From: an uncultured Pseudomonadota bacterium | Lineage (GTDB): Bacteria; Pseudomonadota; Gammaproteobacteria; Ga0077536 | Reading direction: 5' to 3' | NCBI GenBank assembly: GCA_902597385.1 | Contig: CACJXQ010000001.1 | Location: forward strand, 31,910-95,909 | DNA: 64,000 nucleotides | Part shown: positions 1-9,151 of the stretch, one piece after another | Layout: each line of letters begins with the position of its first letter | Position numbering within the stretch: the stretch's first letter is position 1 | Position numbers and translations under genes: made by a program | Notes under the pieces: model-generated | What the model was told of the DNA's origin: nothing | Databases searched by the model: none | The model's input: only the letters and a program-made list of their open reading frames with translations

Positions 1-503
1 TAATTTTTAACCCGATGTTTATACAACTTATCCTGGAGCAAGGTCTCTCCATTTATGGCGGTTAAAGAAACAGAAATTTCGATATCTTCTCCGTTCGAGT
101 CTACTATTTTTCCCGATAAATAAAGGTCTCCTGTTGCGGTTTTATCGGGAACCACCCGAGCGGATTCGAAGGCATTCGTGTTATTGAGGGCATCTCTAAG
201 TTTTACAGCAAAGTGATTTGCCTCAGCACGCCGTAACTCCGGCCATATATTTTTTTTGGTGAATTCGTCGGAATTTTCAGGAATATTTGGGTCAAGTGGT
301 AGCACAAGAATCGATAAGTCAGTTCGCTTTGTCTGTGATTTCCCAACGGATGATTTGGGTTCCGATCCATAGCTGGGACCTACGGAATACCCTTTTTGAG
401 AACTAGATTTTCCCGTCGTTGTTACACACCCACTCAAGAAAATCGCGATGGTGCACATTCCCAGTAAAATTCTGGGTTCTAAAAAACGATTAGAAGTAGT
501 CAT
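1..503 (-). CDS. Putative lipoprotein, 3'-truncated by the window edge (CsgG/LpoB/TolB-N-like fold suspected). The reading frame stays open to coordinate 1.
   Basis: Minus-strand ATG at 501-503. The N-terminus MTTSNRFLEPRILLGMCTIAIFLSGC is a signal peptide with an L-S-G-C lipobox. The start overlaps the upstream gene's stop (ATGA). Confidence 0.45.
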   Translation of the reverse strand, partial: MTTSNRFLEPRILLGMCTIAIFLSGCVTTTGKSSSQKGYSVGPSYGSEPKSSVGKSQTKRTDLSILVLPLDPNIPENSDEFTKKNIWPELRRAEANHFAVKLRDALNNTNAFESARVVPDKTATGDLYLSGKIVDSNGEDIEISVSLTAINGETLLQDKLYKHRVKN

Positions 504-1186
504 CATAATTCCTCGTATCTTCGCATAAGCGCCTCTTTTACATCTGGATCATTTTCCTGTTCAGCTCTGGCTTTGATTTGCTCTTTCAAAATTTGCGTGT
601 TTCTTGATTTCTCTAAGGTTTCATGAGCGCGGCCTTGCAAAGGGGGTGGCGCCGCTAAGTCTGATTCTATAGAGAGCGCTTCTAGGTCCTGATTGAAATT
701 CTCGAGCATCAATCCTCCCTTATCGGTTAATGCGACAGAGTTCTCTCCTGATTCTAGGATGTTGGAGGAAAGTGTGGCATCTGCGGTTGAAGAGACTACC
801 GTTTTAGACTTTCCCCCTTGGCTAACCTCTTCACTAGGGTTTGAAGAAGATTCGCTAGTGGAAGGCCCGAACTGGTTGCCAGAACTGGAATCATTTAGCT
901 GTTCTATGCCGCTCGAATCGACATTTTCACGGTCGCATTGTAGAAATTTGGATAGCTCAATAGAGAAGTCGCTGCTTAAAGTGTTGAGCTTTTCCTCTTT
1001 CGTTAACGGTCCTTGAGTGCTGTTTTTGTGATGAATCTCAGCACATTCGGAAAACGCAGAGGGTTTTGCGCTAGCTGCTGAGGTATTAAAACAAGAAATA
1101 ATTAATAAAGAGACTATCGAGCAATGTGGTGATGGAACTTTTTTGTCTGCATTATTTGCGGGTTGGTAATAATATGATTTAGCCAA
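503..1186 (-). CDS. Hypothetical secreted Ser/Glu-rich low-complexity protein
   Basis: 227-aa ORF with an N-terminal hydrophobic segment and a long S/E/N-rich region. Its stop overlaps the downstream lipoprotein start. Confidence 0.4.
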   Translation of the reverse strand: MAKSYYYQPANNADKKVPSPHCSIVSLLIISCFNTSAASAKPSAFSECAEIHHKNSTQGPLTKEEKLNTLSSDFSIELSKFLQCDRENVDSSGIEQLNDSSSGNQFGPSTSESSSNPSEEVSQGGKSKTVVSSTADATLSSNILESGENSVALTDKGGLMLENFNQDLEALSIESDLAAPPPLQGRAHETLEKSRNTQILKEQIKARAEQENDPDVKEALMRRYEEL

Positions 1187-1361
1187 TCGTATAACACCTT
1201 TGTGAAGGCTCTGATTAATCCTAAATGATGGCTATTTACTGTAAATTTTGCAAGTTTCACCGATTTCTTGCTTCATCTTTTTATTTTACCAATTGGAGCA
1301 TCTTAAAAGGATTAAGGTAAAGTTTGATTAAATCAATGATGTACACCGAAGTATAAGTTAG

Positions 1362-1556
1362 TCAGCTACCCCAACCTAGATCTTCGTCCAGCACTCGGTA
1401 TTCATAAACCTCTTGGCCTTCACCAAAAAAGCTAAATGTCCCGTCTTCTTCTAGGGTGATTGGAACATTGACCTGCAACCGCTTTGCGAATTCGGGAACC
1501 TTATAAAAGGCTTCTTCAAAACTCTCAAAACTATGGCTTTTATTCACTATATTCAT
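1362..1556 (-). CDS. Small hypothetical protein (~64 aa)
   Basis: The ORF track gives a GTG start at 1562. An ATG at 1554-1556 with GGTG upstream is the more likely start. Confidence 0.3.
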   Translation of the reverse strand: MNIVNKSHSFESFEEAFYKVPEFAKRLQVNVPITLEEDGTFSFFGEGQEVYEYRVLDEDLGWGS

Positions 1557-1783
1557 CTTCACACCATGTTTTTACATATTTTTTATACGGCAATATGTCT
1601 CTTTACGATCAGTGAAGTAGGCACCCAGTTTATTGTCTCGGAAAGGGTTTGATACCAGAAATTATTCCCAAAATTTCAGCATCTTGAAACGTTTCTGTTA
1701 ATATCTTTGAGATGCTCTCCTTTGAATGAGAGTAGCTATAATTCCGCAATAACTATTTGAAAATTTGAGCTTAGGTATATTCT

Positions 1784-2170
1784 ATGATCCTTTTTTTCGG
1801 TGGGGCGCTTGGCTTAGTATCTTTACTTGTTGCAGCATTTCTACATCACAACTCGGCTGCTATTGATCCTATTGAAAACTTCAATGCTATCAAGATCGCT
1901 CTCAACTATGCCCAAATAAATGCAGTTTTAATTTCGGTGCTTGGCTTATTCATCTTATGGCCCAGACTTAAAGCAGCAAAAAGACTCATCCATTGGATAA
2001 GCGTGTTACTTGCTTTAGGCACGTTTCTATTTTGTCTTGGGGTTCTTGCATCGAACTTTTCCCATATGCATATTTTATCTACCCTCGCTCCTGTCGGTGG
2101 AGTGTTTATGATAATTTCGTGGTTTTTATTGATGATATTGGGATTATTGTCGATTAGGAAACATTCATGA
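1784..2170 (+). CDS. Hypothetical integral membrane protein (about 4 TM helices)
   Basis: 128-aa strongly hydrophobic ORF. It overlaps the next gene by ATGA. Confidence 0.5.
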   Translation: MILFFGGALGLVSLLVAAFLHHNSAAIDPIENFNAIKIALNYAQINAVLISVLGLFILWPRLKAAKRLIHWISVLLALGTFLFCLGVLASNFSHMHILSTLAPVGGVFMIISWFLLMILGLLSIRKHS

Positions 2171-2754
2171 GTTCTCGATCCTGGATCGTTGTAACTGTCC
2201 TGTTATTAATCTTTGGTTTTAGTTTAGTAGGTCCCGTAATGAGTAAAGTAGAAGAGCCAGGTTATGTTATCGAGGCTTCCGATGCTAACATTGAAATTAG
2301 ATATTACAATTCGATGATTCTGGCTGAAGTGATGGTACATGGTGGCCGTAAAGAGGCTATCAAAGATGGATTTAGGATAATCGCCGATTATATATTTGGA
2401 AATAATTCATCTTCGCAAAAGATTGCTATGACGGCGCCTGTGCAGCAGCAGAAGGCGAAAGACGGATGGAGAGTTAGCTTTGTAATGCCTTCTAAGTATT
2501 CTCTAACCTCCTTACCAAAACCGTCTATAGACAATCTGTGGGTTAGAGAGATACCCTCTGCTAAATACGTGGCGATCAGATTTTCTGGAACTAGTACACA
2601 GGCTAACTTAAAAAAACATGAAGCTGTGCTTTTAGATTATGTTACTGCTCACCGCTTAAAGGTCTTGGGATCTATTAAGTATGCTTTTTATAATCCACCT
2701 TGGACTTTGCCTTTTTTGAGAAGAAACGAGCTAATGCTTCAGTTGGTTGAATAG
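2167..2754 (+). CDS. SOUL/HBP heme-binding family protein
   Basis: Signal peptide followed by SOUL-like motifs (EIRYY, FRIIADYIFGNN, IAMTAPV). Confidence 0.65.
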   Translation: MSSRSWIVVTVLLLIFGFSLVGPVMSKVEEPGYVIEASDANIEIRYYNSMILAEVMVHGGRKEAIKDGFRIIADYIFGNNSSSQKIAMTAPVQQQKAKDGWRVSFVMPSKYSLTSLPKPSIDNLWVREIPSAKYVAIRFSGTSTQANLKKHEAVLLDYVTAHRLKVLGSIKYAFYNPPWTLPFLRRNELMLQLVE

Positions 2755-2776
2755 CAGGGCTTTAGCATAGGCTACG

Positions 2777-4033
2777 CTATTCTTTTAATTGAAGTAAATT
2801 GGAAAGTGACTCTTGAAATACGGTATCTTTTCTAGTGGCTAGGTCCTTAAGGAGTTTATAAATCTGTGGGTCATTTTCTAGATTTATTATATCGTCTACT
2901 TCCTGGGTCGCAGGATAGCAAGGAGTTATTTTGAGTAAATTGCTTAAGTAGATAGTATCCATGGAGCGTGCTAAGACCCATTTATATTTGTCACTCCTGG
3001 CTATCCAACCGACTTCAAGAAGACCATTGAGTGATTCGAAAAAGACATTATTTCCAAAGGATTTTAATATCTTTTTTAATTCCTGCTCATTGATTGTTTC
3101 CCCTCTTATTAGATTTGAACTAAGAATGCTTAGTAATTTTAATTGGCAATATAGGAGCCTAAGCGCTGTGTTTGCCAAATCACCAGGAGGACTATCGATA
3201 TTGAAGGACTCTACGCATTTCGAAATTTCGGCTCCCACAAGAATTATTAACCAAGAAACATAAACCCAAATAAAAAAAATAGGAATGACTGCGAAGGCAC
3301 CATATATAATCTGCTGGGAGGGGAAGAACGCTATGAAAAGCGTGAAACAGTACTTAGCAATTTCAAAGAAAATAGCAGCTACTAATCCACCAATGATTGC
3401 ATCGCGAAAGATAACGGGTCGATAGGGAACCAGAAAAAAAAGAAGAGAAAAAGCTGCAGTGGTCGACGCGAGGGGTAATATGGTTAAGACAACACCGCCA
3501 CTTAGAGAATGTTGGGTCTCTGACAGTATAAGCGCTAGTAAATTTGAGGATGCGAATATACCAAGCCCTAAAAATAAAGGGCCTAAAGTCAAAATTGCCC
3601 AATAGAGTAAAAATCGCATCGCCATAGGACGCTTGTTTTGTATTTTCCAAATAAGATTAAAACTGCCCTCAATGGTTCCCATCAGCGACAAAGCTGTCAC
3701 AATCAGGATCGTTAGGCCGGCAGCTCTTAAAGTGGTTGCGTTTTGAGAAAAAATATTTAAATAGTGTCTCAGTTGATCGCCAATTTCAGGAATTAAATTT
3801 TCGAAGATAAGGTCGGTTAGGCTCGTCTTCCATGTATCGAAAGCTTGAAAGGAACTGAAGGTGAATTCCATCACCGTAAGGAGAGGTACTAAAGCTAGTA
3901 AGGAGGTGTAAGCAAGAGAAGCCGCCTTTTCTGCACATCTATCCTTACGGAATTCCGCGTGTAGACGCCTAAAGAAATGCTGCCACTTAGTTGCCTGTGA
4001 GGTCAAAAATCGTCTTTTTTCCAAGGCGTTCAT
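2777..4033 (-). CDS. yihY: YihY/BrkB family inner membrane protein
   Basis: Conserved N-terminal motif AASLAYTSLLALVPLLTV, multiple TM helices and a C-terminal soluble extension. Confidence 0.8.
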   Translation of the reverse strand: MNALEKRRFLTSQATKWQHFFRRLHAEFRKDRCAEKAASLAYTSLLALVPLLTVMEFTFSSFQAFDTWKTSLTDLIFENLIPEIGDQLRHYLNIFSQNATTLRAAGLTILIVTALSLMGTIEGSFNLIWKIQNKRPMAMRFLLYWAILTLGPLFLGLGIFASSNLLALILSETQHSLSGGVVLTILPLASTTAAFSLLFFLVPYRPVIFRDAIIGGLVAAIFFEIAKYCFTLFIAFFPSQQIIYGAFAVIPIFFIWVYVSWLIILVGAEISKCVESFNIDSPPGDLANTALRLLYCQLKLLSILSSNLIRGETINEQELKKILKSFGNNVFFESLNGLLEVGWIARSDKYKWVLARSMDTIYLSNLLKITPCYPATQEVDDIINLENDPQIYKLLKDLATRKDTVFQESLSNLLQLKE

Positions 4034-4046
4034 ATGCTAACTCTTT

Positions 4047-4256
4047 TCAATTATGAAAAAGACGATACGAGAAATAAATAAGGCACATGATAAAGGAGAT
4101 GATGCCCCAAATTACTAGCCATCGTTGGGATCCTTTTAAACCTAAAAAGACAAATATAATTCCTATGAGAAGAGTCAGAGCAACTGTCGTATCAACAATA
4201 TTTTGAGACGCATGTTCTTTGTTTTCTAGATGTTGTTCCTCTATTCTATAACGCAT
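4047..4256 (-). CDS. Small membrane protein (2 TM)
   Basis: 69-aa ORF with two hydrophobic helices. It sits between the TauD-like and YihY genes on the same strand. Confidence 0.4.
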   Translation of the reverse strand: MRYRIEEQHLENKEHASQNIVDTTVALTLLIGIIFVFLGLKGSQRWLVIWGIISFIMCLIYFSYRLFHN

Positions 4257-4285
4257 AAAGGTGTCAGTGTTTGGTTTAACTATGC

Positions 4286-5143
4286 CTACCTGTAGTTGAG
4301 GGCGGTTTCGCTTATCTTATTGCCACGGATTCTGGTGTGCATCATTAGGCGTTCCTTTGACGAATCGAAAGGTCTTGCTCGGTGTAGTAGGCATCTATTG
4401 TCCCATATCGCTATATCACCCGGGGACCAAGAATGCTGCCAAACGAATTGACCTTTCACAATCTGGGCATTCAGAAATTGCAATAACTCTTCTGCCTCTT
4501 TCTCGGGCATCCCTGGTATGTTACAAGCGTGCCTTCCAACATATAACGCCGGCCTGTTAGTTTCAGGGTGGATTTTCACCAGTGGATAAATTGGAGGTTC
4601 GCCCTCGTAAAAACCGTATGCAGCTCCTACCTTAACTTGGTGCCCAATCTTTGCTTGAGAAACGAAGTAGTTGTGTGTTGCGTTGAGTTTGTCTATTTTT
4701 TCCCTAATGTGCATTTCTAAAGAGTCGTAGGCGGCTCTAGCATCTGCCCATTCTGTTTGCCCACCAAACTCTGGGATTATCTTGGCAGATAGGACGGAGG
4801 CCTTAGAGGCTCGGGGCATGTAGGAGCTATCAGTGTGCCAAATTTCATTGCCTTTTAGCAATTTAATTTGTTCCTCTTCGTCGCTCATTATCCTTCCGTT
4901 AGAGGATCGGTTGCTCAAAGGAATAGTTTCCATATCGTCTACAAGATATTCGATTTCTCCGAAAATTTTTGCAAATTCGATTTGTTGTTTGGAGCTCAAA
5001 TTTTGTCCAGGGAAGATCAGTAATGCATATTTTAAAAAGGCTTCCTTTATGTCGTCTAATAAGTCTGATGTTAGTTGACTTAGGTGAATTCCGGATACTA
5101 TCGCGCCGAAGGTTACGTCTGTTGGTTGGATTTTAAATTTCAT
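4286..5143 (-). CDS. TauD/TfdA family Fe(II)/2-oxoglutarate-dependent dioxygenase
   Basis: WHTDSSY (HxD) motif and a C-terminal His consistent with the facial triad. Overall length and layout match TauD. Confidence 0.8.
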   Translation of the reverse strand: MKFKIQPTDVTFGAIVSGIHLSQLTSDLLDDIKEAFLKYALLIFPGQNLSSKQQIEFAKIFGEIEYLVDDMETIPLSNRSSNGRIMSDEEEQIKLLKGNEIWHTDSSYMPRASKASVLSAKIIPEFGGQTEWADARAAYDSLEMHIREKIDKLNATHNYFVSQAKIGHQVKVGAAYGFYEGEPPIYPLVKIHPETNRPALYVGRHACNIPGMPEKEAEELLQFLNAQIVKGQFVWQHSWSPGDIAIWDNRCLLHRARPFDSSKERLMMHTRIRGNKISETALNYR

Positions 5144-5256
5144 GCTGGGTAAGGCCCTTCGTATTAAGAATTAGATGCAACCTTTTGTTTGATTACACTA
5201 GGGGGCCTGGCGTAACTTTTGAGCCGAGTGCCTAGTGGAGACAAACTTTGTCTAAC

Positions 5257-6465
5257 CTATTCTAATTTGTTACTTTTATCAACATGGTTCCTTGTTCGAG
5301 GCCTGCTATCCAAAATAAACCATGCTACTAAACCCAATAGAATAGCCATAGTTCCGGTAATTAAATAAGGCATCTCGGCACCTAAATGCTCCAGTGTAAA
5401 ACCAAACCAAAGATGAGATATTACGGCGCCCAAACCCATAGTAGCGCCAAGTAGGGCCTGTCCAGTTACTCTGATTTTATCCGGTACTTCGTTTTCAACA
5501 AATAATTGCATTCCGATTATCAATCCAGCCACGACAGCTCCATGCAAAAGTTGGATTCCAAAAACAATGGTTAAACTTGAAGCGGTAGCGGTAACTAGCC
5601 AACGCAGGCCATCGCAGGATATTCCAAATACGATTAGGCCGCGCGCGCCAACACGACGCAAGCCAGATCCAGCAAAATAGATAAGTGGAATTTCTAGCAA
5701 TAGCATAGGAATCCAAAGTCGGCTGATCATCTCTACATCGCCTCCTTTTGCGACAACAAAAACCGGAAAAATGACGATTGGGCCCGCGAGTAATCCGAAG
5801 GCTAGAAATGCAAGCCCCAAGAGTTTGAGATAAGGAGATAGTTTTAGTAACTTTTGAAAGTCCTCTTTTTTTGCCTTCACGGAGATCGATGTTGAGGTCG
5901 GTATCCAAAATAGAACTAGTGCTGATAAAGCGCACATGAACGCGGCGATTGGGAATATCAATTTTAAAATGTCCAGTTCTGACCCCTCTGCTTTCGAGCC
6001 AGGTATCTGGAATATTATAGGAAATAGCACGATCATAATTAAGTAACCGATCGTCCCCCATACCCTAATATGTCCGAACTGGTGTGATTGATTCTTTCCA
6101 AGAATTGCAAATGACAAAGAAGTTGCTACCGACATAGCTGGCGCAGAAAAGAAGGCTAGGATGCACATAAAAAGCAGTAGAGTGTAAAAAATTTCAGCAG
6201 AAGATACCAAGAAATATCCTACAGCTGAACCGATTGCCAAGATCAACAAGCATAGTTTACGCTTGCCTGTTCTATCGGACCAAGTTCCCCAAATTGGAGC
6301 TGCGATGATTCCTATCAGTGGATGCATGGCTAGTGCTATTCCGAGTTGGGTGCCACTGAGGCCCAAGTTTTCCTGGAAATATAAACTTTGATAGGGAAAT
6401 ATTACCCCTAGACCAGCCATGTAAAGAAACCAAAAAAGGGAAATAGGGACGAAACCAAGTGGCAT
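5257..6465 (-). CDS. MFS transporter
   Basis: 12 predicted TM segments and a GTWSDRTGKRK motif in loop 2-3. Confidence 0.75.
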   Translation of the reverse strand: MPLGFVPISLFWFLYMAGLGVIFPYQSLYFQENLGLSGTQLGIALAMHPLIGIIAAPIWGTWSDRTGKRKLCLLILAIGSAVGYFLVSSAEIFYTLLLFMCILAFFSAPAMSVATSLSFAILGKNQSHQFGHIRVWGTIGYLIMIVLFPIIFQIPGSKAEGSELDILKLIFPIAAFMCALSALVLFWIPTSTSISVKAKKEDFQKLLKLSPYLKLLGLAFLAFGLLAGPIVIFPVFVVAKGGDVEMISRLWIPMLLLEIPLIYFAGSGLRRVGARGLIVFGISCDGLRWLVTATASSLTIVFGIQLLHGAVVAGLIIGMQLFVENEVPDKIRVTGQALLGATMGLGAVISHLWFGFTLEHLGAEMPYLITGTMAILLGLVAWFILDSRPRTRNHVDKSNKLE

Positions 6466-6704
6466 GGATTAAGGGTTTTAGCTAAGGCGAAGGAGAGAAG
6501 GCAAATTAAAAGGCCGAATGAAAAGTGCGATTATTAGCACTAGTTGTGATGTGCCCATTTAATTTGCCTTTCTTCTTGAAATAAATCGATTGTAACTGAT
6601 GAGGTCGACGAAAGCAGTATAGATAATGATCCTGTAGGTATAGAAACGCTTTCAAGTTGTGATCCGAGGTTCGAAACTATTGAATATCTCCGAGGTTGTG
6701 AACC

Positions 6705-7043
6705 TTATTTTTCTAGGGCTTTGGCAATAGAACGTTGCTTTTCTGTGCCCCAATTAACTAAGCTTTTAATAATTGGCATTCCTGATTTTCCAAAAGAGGT
6801 GAGAGAGTATTCGACATGTGGGGGGACGACTTCAAAAACTTTTCTACGAACTAATCCGTCTCGTTCCATTTCCTTAAGTTGTTTGGATAGCATCTGTTGA
6901 GTGATTTCTCCGATTGCTCTACGCAGTTCTCCGAAGCGCATACTTCTGTCTGCTAATAGGTGCATAATCACGAGTTTCCATTTTCCACCAATCAGGCTTA
7001 GCGCATTCATCACTGGACAATCTTTTTTCTTGGTGCCAATCAT
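6705..7043 (-). CDS. HxlR family transcriptional regulator
   Basis: CPV...LIGGKWKLVIMHLL...RFGEL winged-helix signature. Confidence 0.8.
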   Translation of the reverse strand: MIGTKKKDCPVMNALSLIGGKWKLVIMHLLADRSMRFGELRRAIGEITQQMLSKQLKEMERDGLVRRKVFEVVPPHVEYSLTSFGKSGMPIIKSLVNWGTEKQRSIAKALEK

Positions 7044-7149
7044 GGTATGAAATTATATAATAGTATGAAAAAAAAGGGTACTTGAAAAAATATATACCTT
7101 GCTTTAGTTTAGCTCGTCAGTTTAATGAATTTGTATAAGGAGCAAGGAA

Positions 7150-7281
7150 ATGAGTGAAAATAGAAACTGTGGCTGTGGACGATCGCCAACGGGACTTTGC
7201 ATAGGATGGCATTCGCTGGGTGAGGGCGAATATAAAAAAGCTTTGGAAGAATGGAAAGAACGGGAAAAGAAAAGAGATTAA
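7150..7281 (+). CDS. Small Cys-rich peptide (43 aa), not in the ORF track
   Basis: ATG at 7150 with an AAGGA RBS. Protein is MSENRNCGCGRSPTGLCIGWHSLGEGEYKKALEEWKEREKKRD. The TAA stop lies 12 nt before the GST start. Confidence 0.3.
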   Translation: MSENRNCGCGRSPTGLCIGWHSLGEGEYKKALEEWKEREKKRD

Positions 7282-7292
7282 TGGAGTTGTAA

Positions 7293-8264
7293 ATGGGATT
7301 ACTTGTTGAAGGTGTTTGGAGAACTGATTGGTATGATACGAAAAGCACTGGGGGCGAATTCGTTAGAGGAGAGACTCAGTTTAGGAAATGGATCGGAGTG
7401 GATGCCGGCTTAGAGGCGGAGTCCGATAGATATCATCTCTATGTTTCTTTGGCGTGTCCCTGGGCGCATAGAGCATTGATATTTAGAAAGCTAAAGGGAT
7501 TAGAGAATGTGATCAGTGTTTCCTTAGTGGCGGCAGAAATGTTGGAAAATGGGTGGGAGATTGATGATGAACTTGGTCGTAAATTACAATATGAGTCGAG
7601 TCCTATAGAGGGTATTAAGTACCTGCGAGAAGTATATACGGCTGCAAAATCGGATTATACTGGGAGAGTAACTGTCCCTATCTTGTGGGATAAGAAGCTG
7701 TCAAGGATAGTCAGTAACGAGTCATCAGACATAATTCGTATGTTAAATAGTGCTTTTGAAAAATATTCTTCTAATGGGTATGATTTTTTTCCTGAGCAAG
7801 ATCGGGGTGAAATAGAACGGATTAATGCAGAAATCTATAGTCAGCTAAACAATGGTGTTTACAGGGCAGGTTTTGCAACATCTCAAGAGGCATATGAAAA
7901 GGCCTACCACGACATCTTTGATTGCCTAGACAGATTAGAAGTACTGCTAGGGACTAGAAGGTATTTGTTAGGGGAGCGGTTGTCTGAGGCAGATTGGAGA
8001 TTGTTCACTACACTAGTTAGGTTTGATGTGGTCTATTACTCACATTTTAAGGCAAATAAGAAGCGGCTAGAAGAATACTTCAACTTATCTAACTATGTTA
8101 GAGAACTATATCAATATGAAGGTGTTTCAGAGACGGTCGATTTTGATCAGATTAAAAAACACTACTACTATAGCCATGAAACTATCAACCCAAGTCGAGT
8201 AATTCCTGTTGGCCCATTGGTCGATTTTGAGGTTCCACACAATAGAAAGGAAATCTTTCCCTAA
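7293..8264 (+). CDS. yqjG: Xi-class glutathione S-transferase / glutathionyl-hydroquinone reductase (YqjG/ECM4-like)
   Basis: The CPWAHRALI active-site motif is diagnostic of Xi-class GSTs. Length is ~320 aa. Confidence 0.8.
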   Translation: MGLLVEGVWRTDWYDTKSTGGEFVRGETQFRKWIGVDAGLEAESDRYHLYVSLACPWAHRALIFRKLKGLENVISVSLVAAEMLENGWEIDDELGRKLQYESSPIEGIKYLREVYTAAKSDYTGRVTVPILWDKKLSRIVSNESSDIIRMLNSAFEKYSSNGYDFFPEQDRGEIERINAEIYSQLNNGVYRAGFATSQEAYEKAYHDIFDCLDRLEVLLGTRRYLLGERLSEADWRLFTTLVRFDVVYYSHFKANKKRLEEYFNLSNYVRELYQYEGVSETVDFDQIKKHYYYSHETINPSRVIPVGPLVDFEVPHNRKEIFP

Positions 8265-9103
8265 TGCAGAGATCAATTGAAAGGATTTTGAAGAGTAAGG
8301 TAGCCACCGATGGGGCAGGGGTAAAAATAAATAGAAACATAGTGGGTGAGGACCTTACGTTTTTCGATCCCTTTTTAATGCTGGATGAAATTTACTCCGA
8401 TGATCCAGATGACTATATAGGCGGTTTCCCCGAACATCCGCACAGAGGATTTGAGACGGTGACCTATATGCTCGACGGCAAGATGCGTCATTCTGATCAT
8501 CTTGGGAATGAAGGCATGTTAGGGCCTGGTGGGATGCAATGGATGACCGCTGGTCGAGGAGTCCTTCACTCCGAAATGCCGATGCAGGAATCTGGTCGTT
8601 TACACGGTTTTCAACTTTGGATCAATTTATCTTCTTCGGAAAAAATGACAGACCCTAATTATCAGGATATTCCAAAAGACCTTATTCCGGTGATAAAAAA
8701 CCGAGAAAACTTTTCGGTAAAAATATTAGCGGGTGATTTTTTATCAAAAGGACAGAGTGTAAAAGGTCCAGTATCTGGTATTAATGTTGAACCTGATATA
8801 TTTGACGTGCATATCAAGGCCTATACATTAGAAATACCCACTAAATTGGAAAAAAAGGTTCTAATCTACGTTTATGAGGGGTGTGTGGGCGTAGCTGGCC
8901 AGAATATTAAAAGTCAAGAAATGGGTGTGCTTTCAAGTGGTGACTCCGTTGTGTTTACTACCGAAGTAAGCTCTAAGTTTTTATTTTTATCTGCCCTCCC
9001 CCTGAGGGAGCCCATAGCATCATGGGGGCCTTTTGTAATGAATACTTTTGATGAAGTAAAAGAAGCAATAGAGGATTTTAAAAGTGGTAAATTAATAGGG
9101 TGA
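8264..9103 (+). CDS. Pirin family protein
   Basis: GFPEHPHRGFETVTYMLDG...HSD cupin metal-site motifs. Start overlaps the GST stop. Confidence 0.85.
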   Translation: MQRSIERILKSKVATDGAGVKINRNIVGEDLTFFDPFLMLDEIYSDDPDDYIGGFPEHPHRGFETVTYMLDGKMRHSDHLGNEGMLGPGGMQWMTAGRGVLHSEMPMQESGRLHGFQLWINLSSSEKMTDPNYQDIPKDLIPVIKNRENFSVKILAGDFLSKGQSVKGPVSGINVEPDIFDVHIKAYTLEIPTKLEKKVLIYVYEGCVGVAGQNIKSQEMGVLSSGDSVVFTTEVSSKFLFLSALPLREPIASWGPFVMNTFDEVKEAIEDFKSGKLIG

Positions 9104-9151
9104 TTTTCTTGGAAATTTCCCAATAGATTTTCTGTTGAATTAGGGGGGGTA

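Noticed and set aside
2755-2776. Near-palindrome TAGCATAGGCTACGCTA between the convergent SOUL and yihY genes
   Set aside because: Three mismatches in 17 nt and no flanking T-run. It is too weak to call a terminator.
5495-6061. 188-aa minus-strand ORF
   Set aside because: It lies entirely inside the MFS transporter gene 5257-6465 in another frame, and its product is Arg/Cys/Trp-rich nonsense.
7109-7348. 79-aa minus ORF spanning the HxlR/GST intergenic region
   Set aside because: It overlaps the promoter region and the start of the GST gene on the opposite strand and has no RBS. The small Cys-rich '+' ORF is the better explanation of this region.
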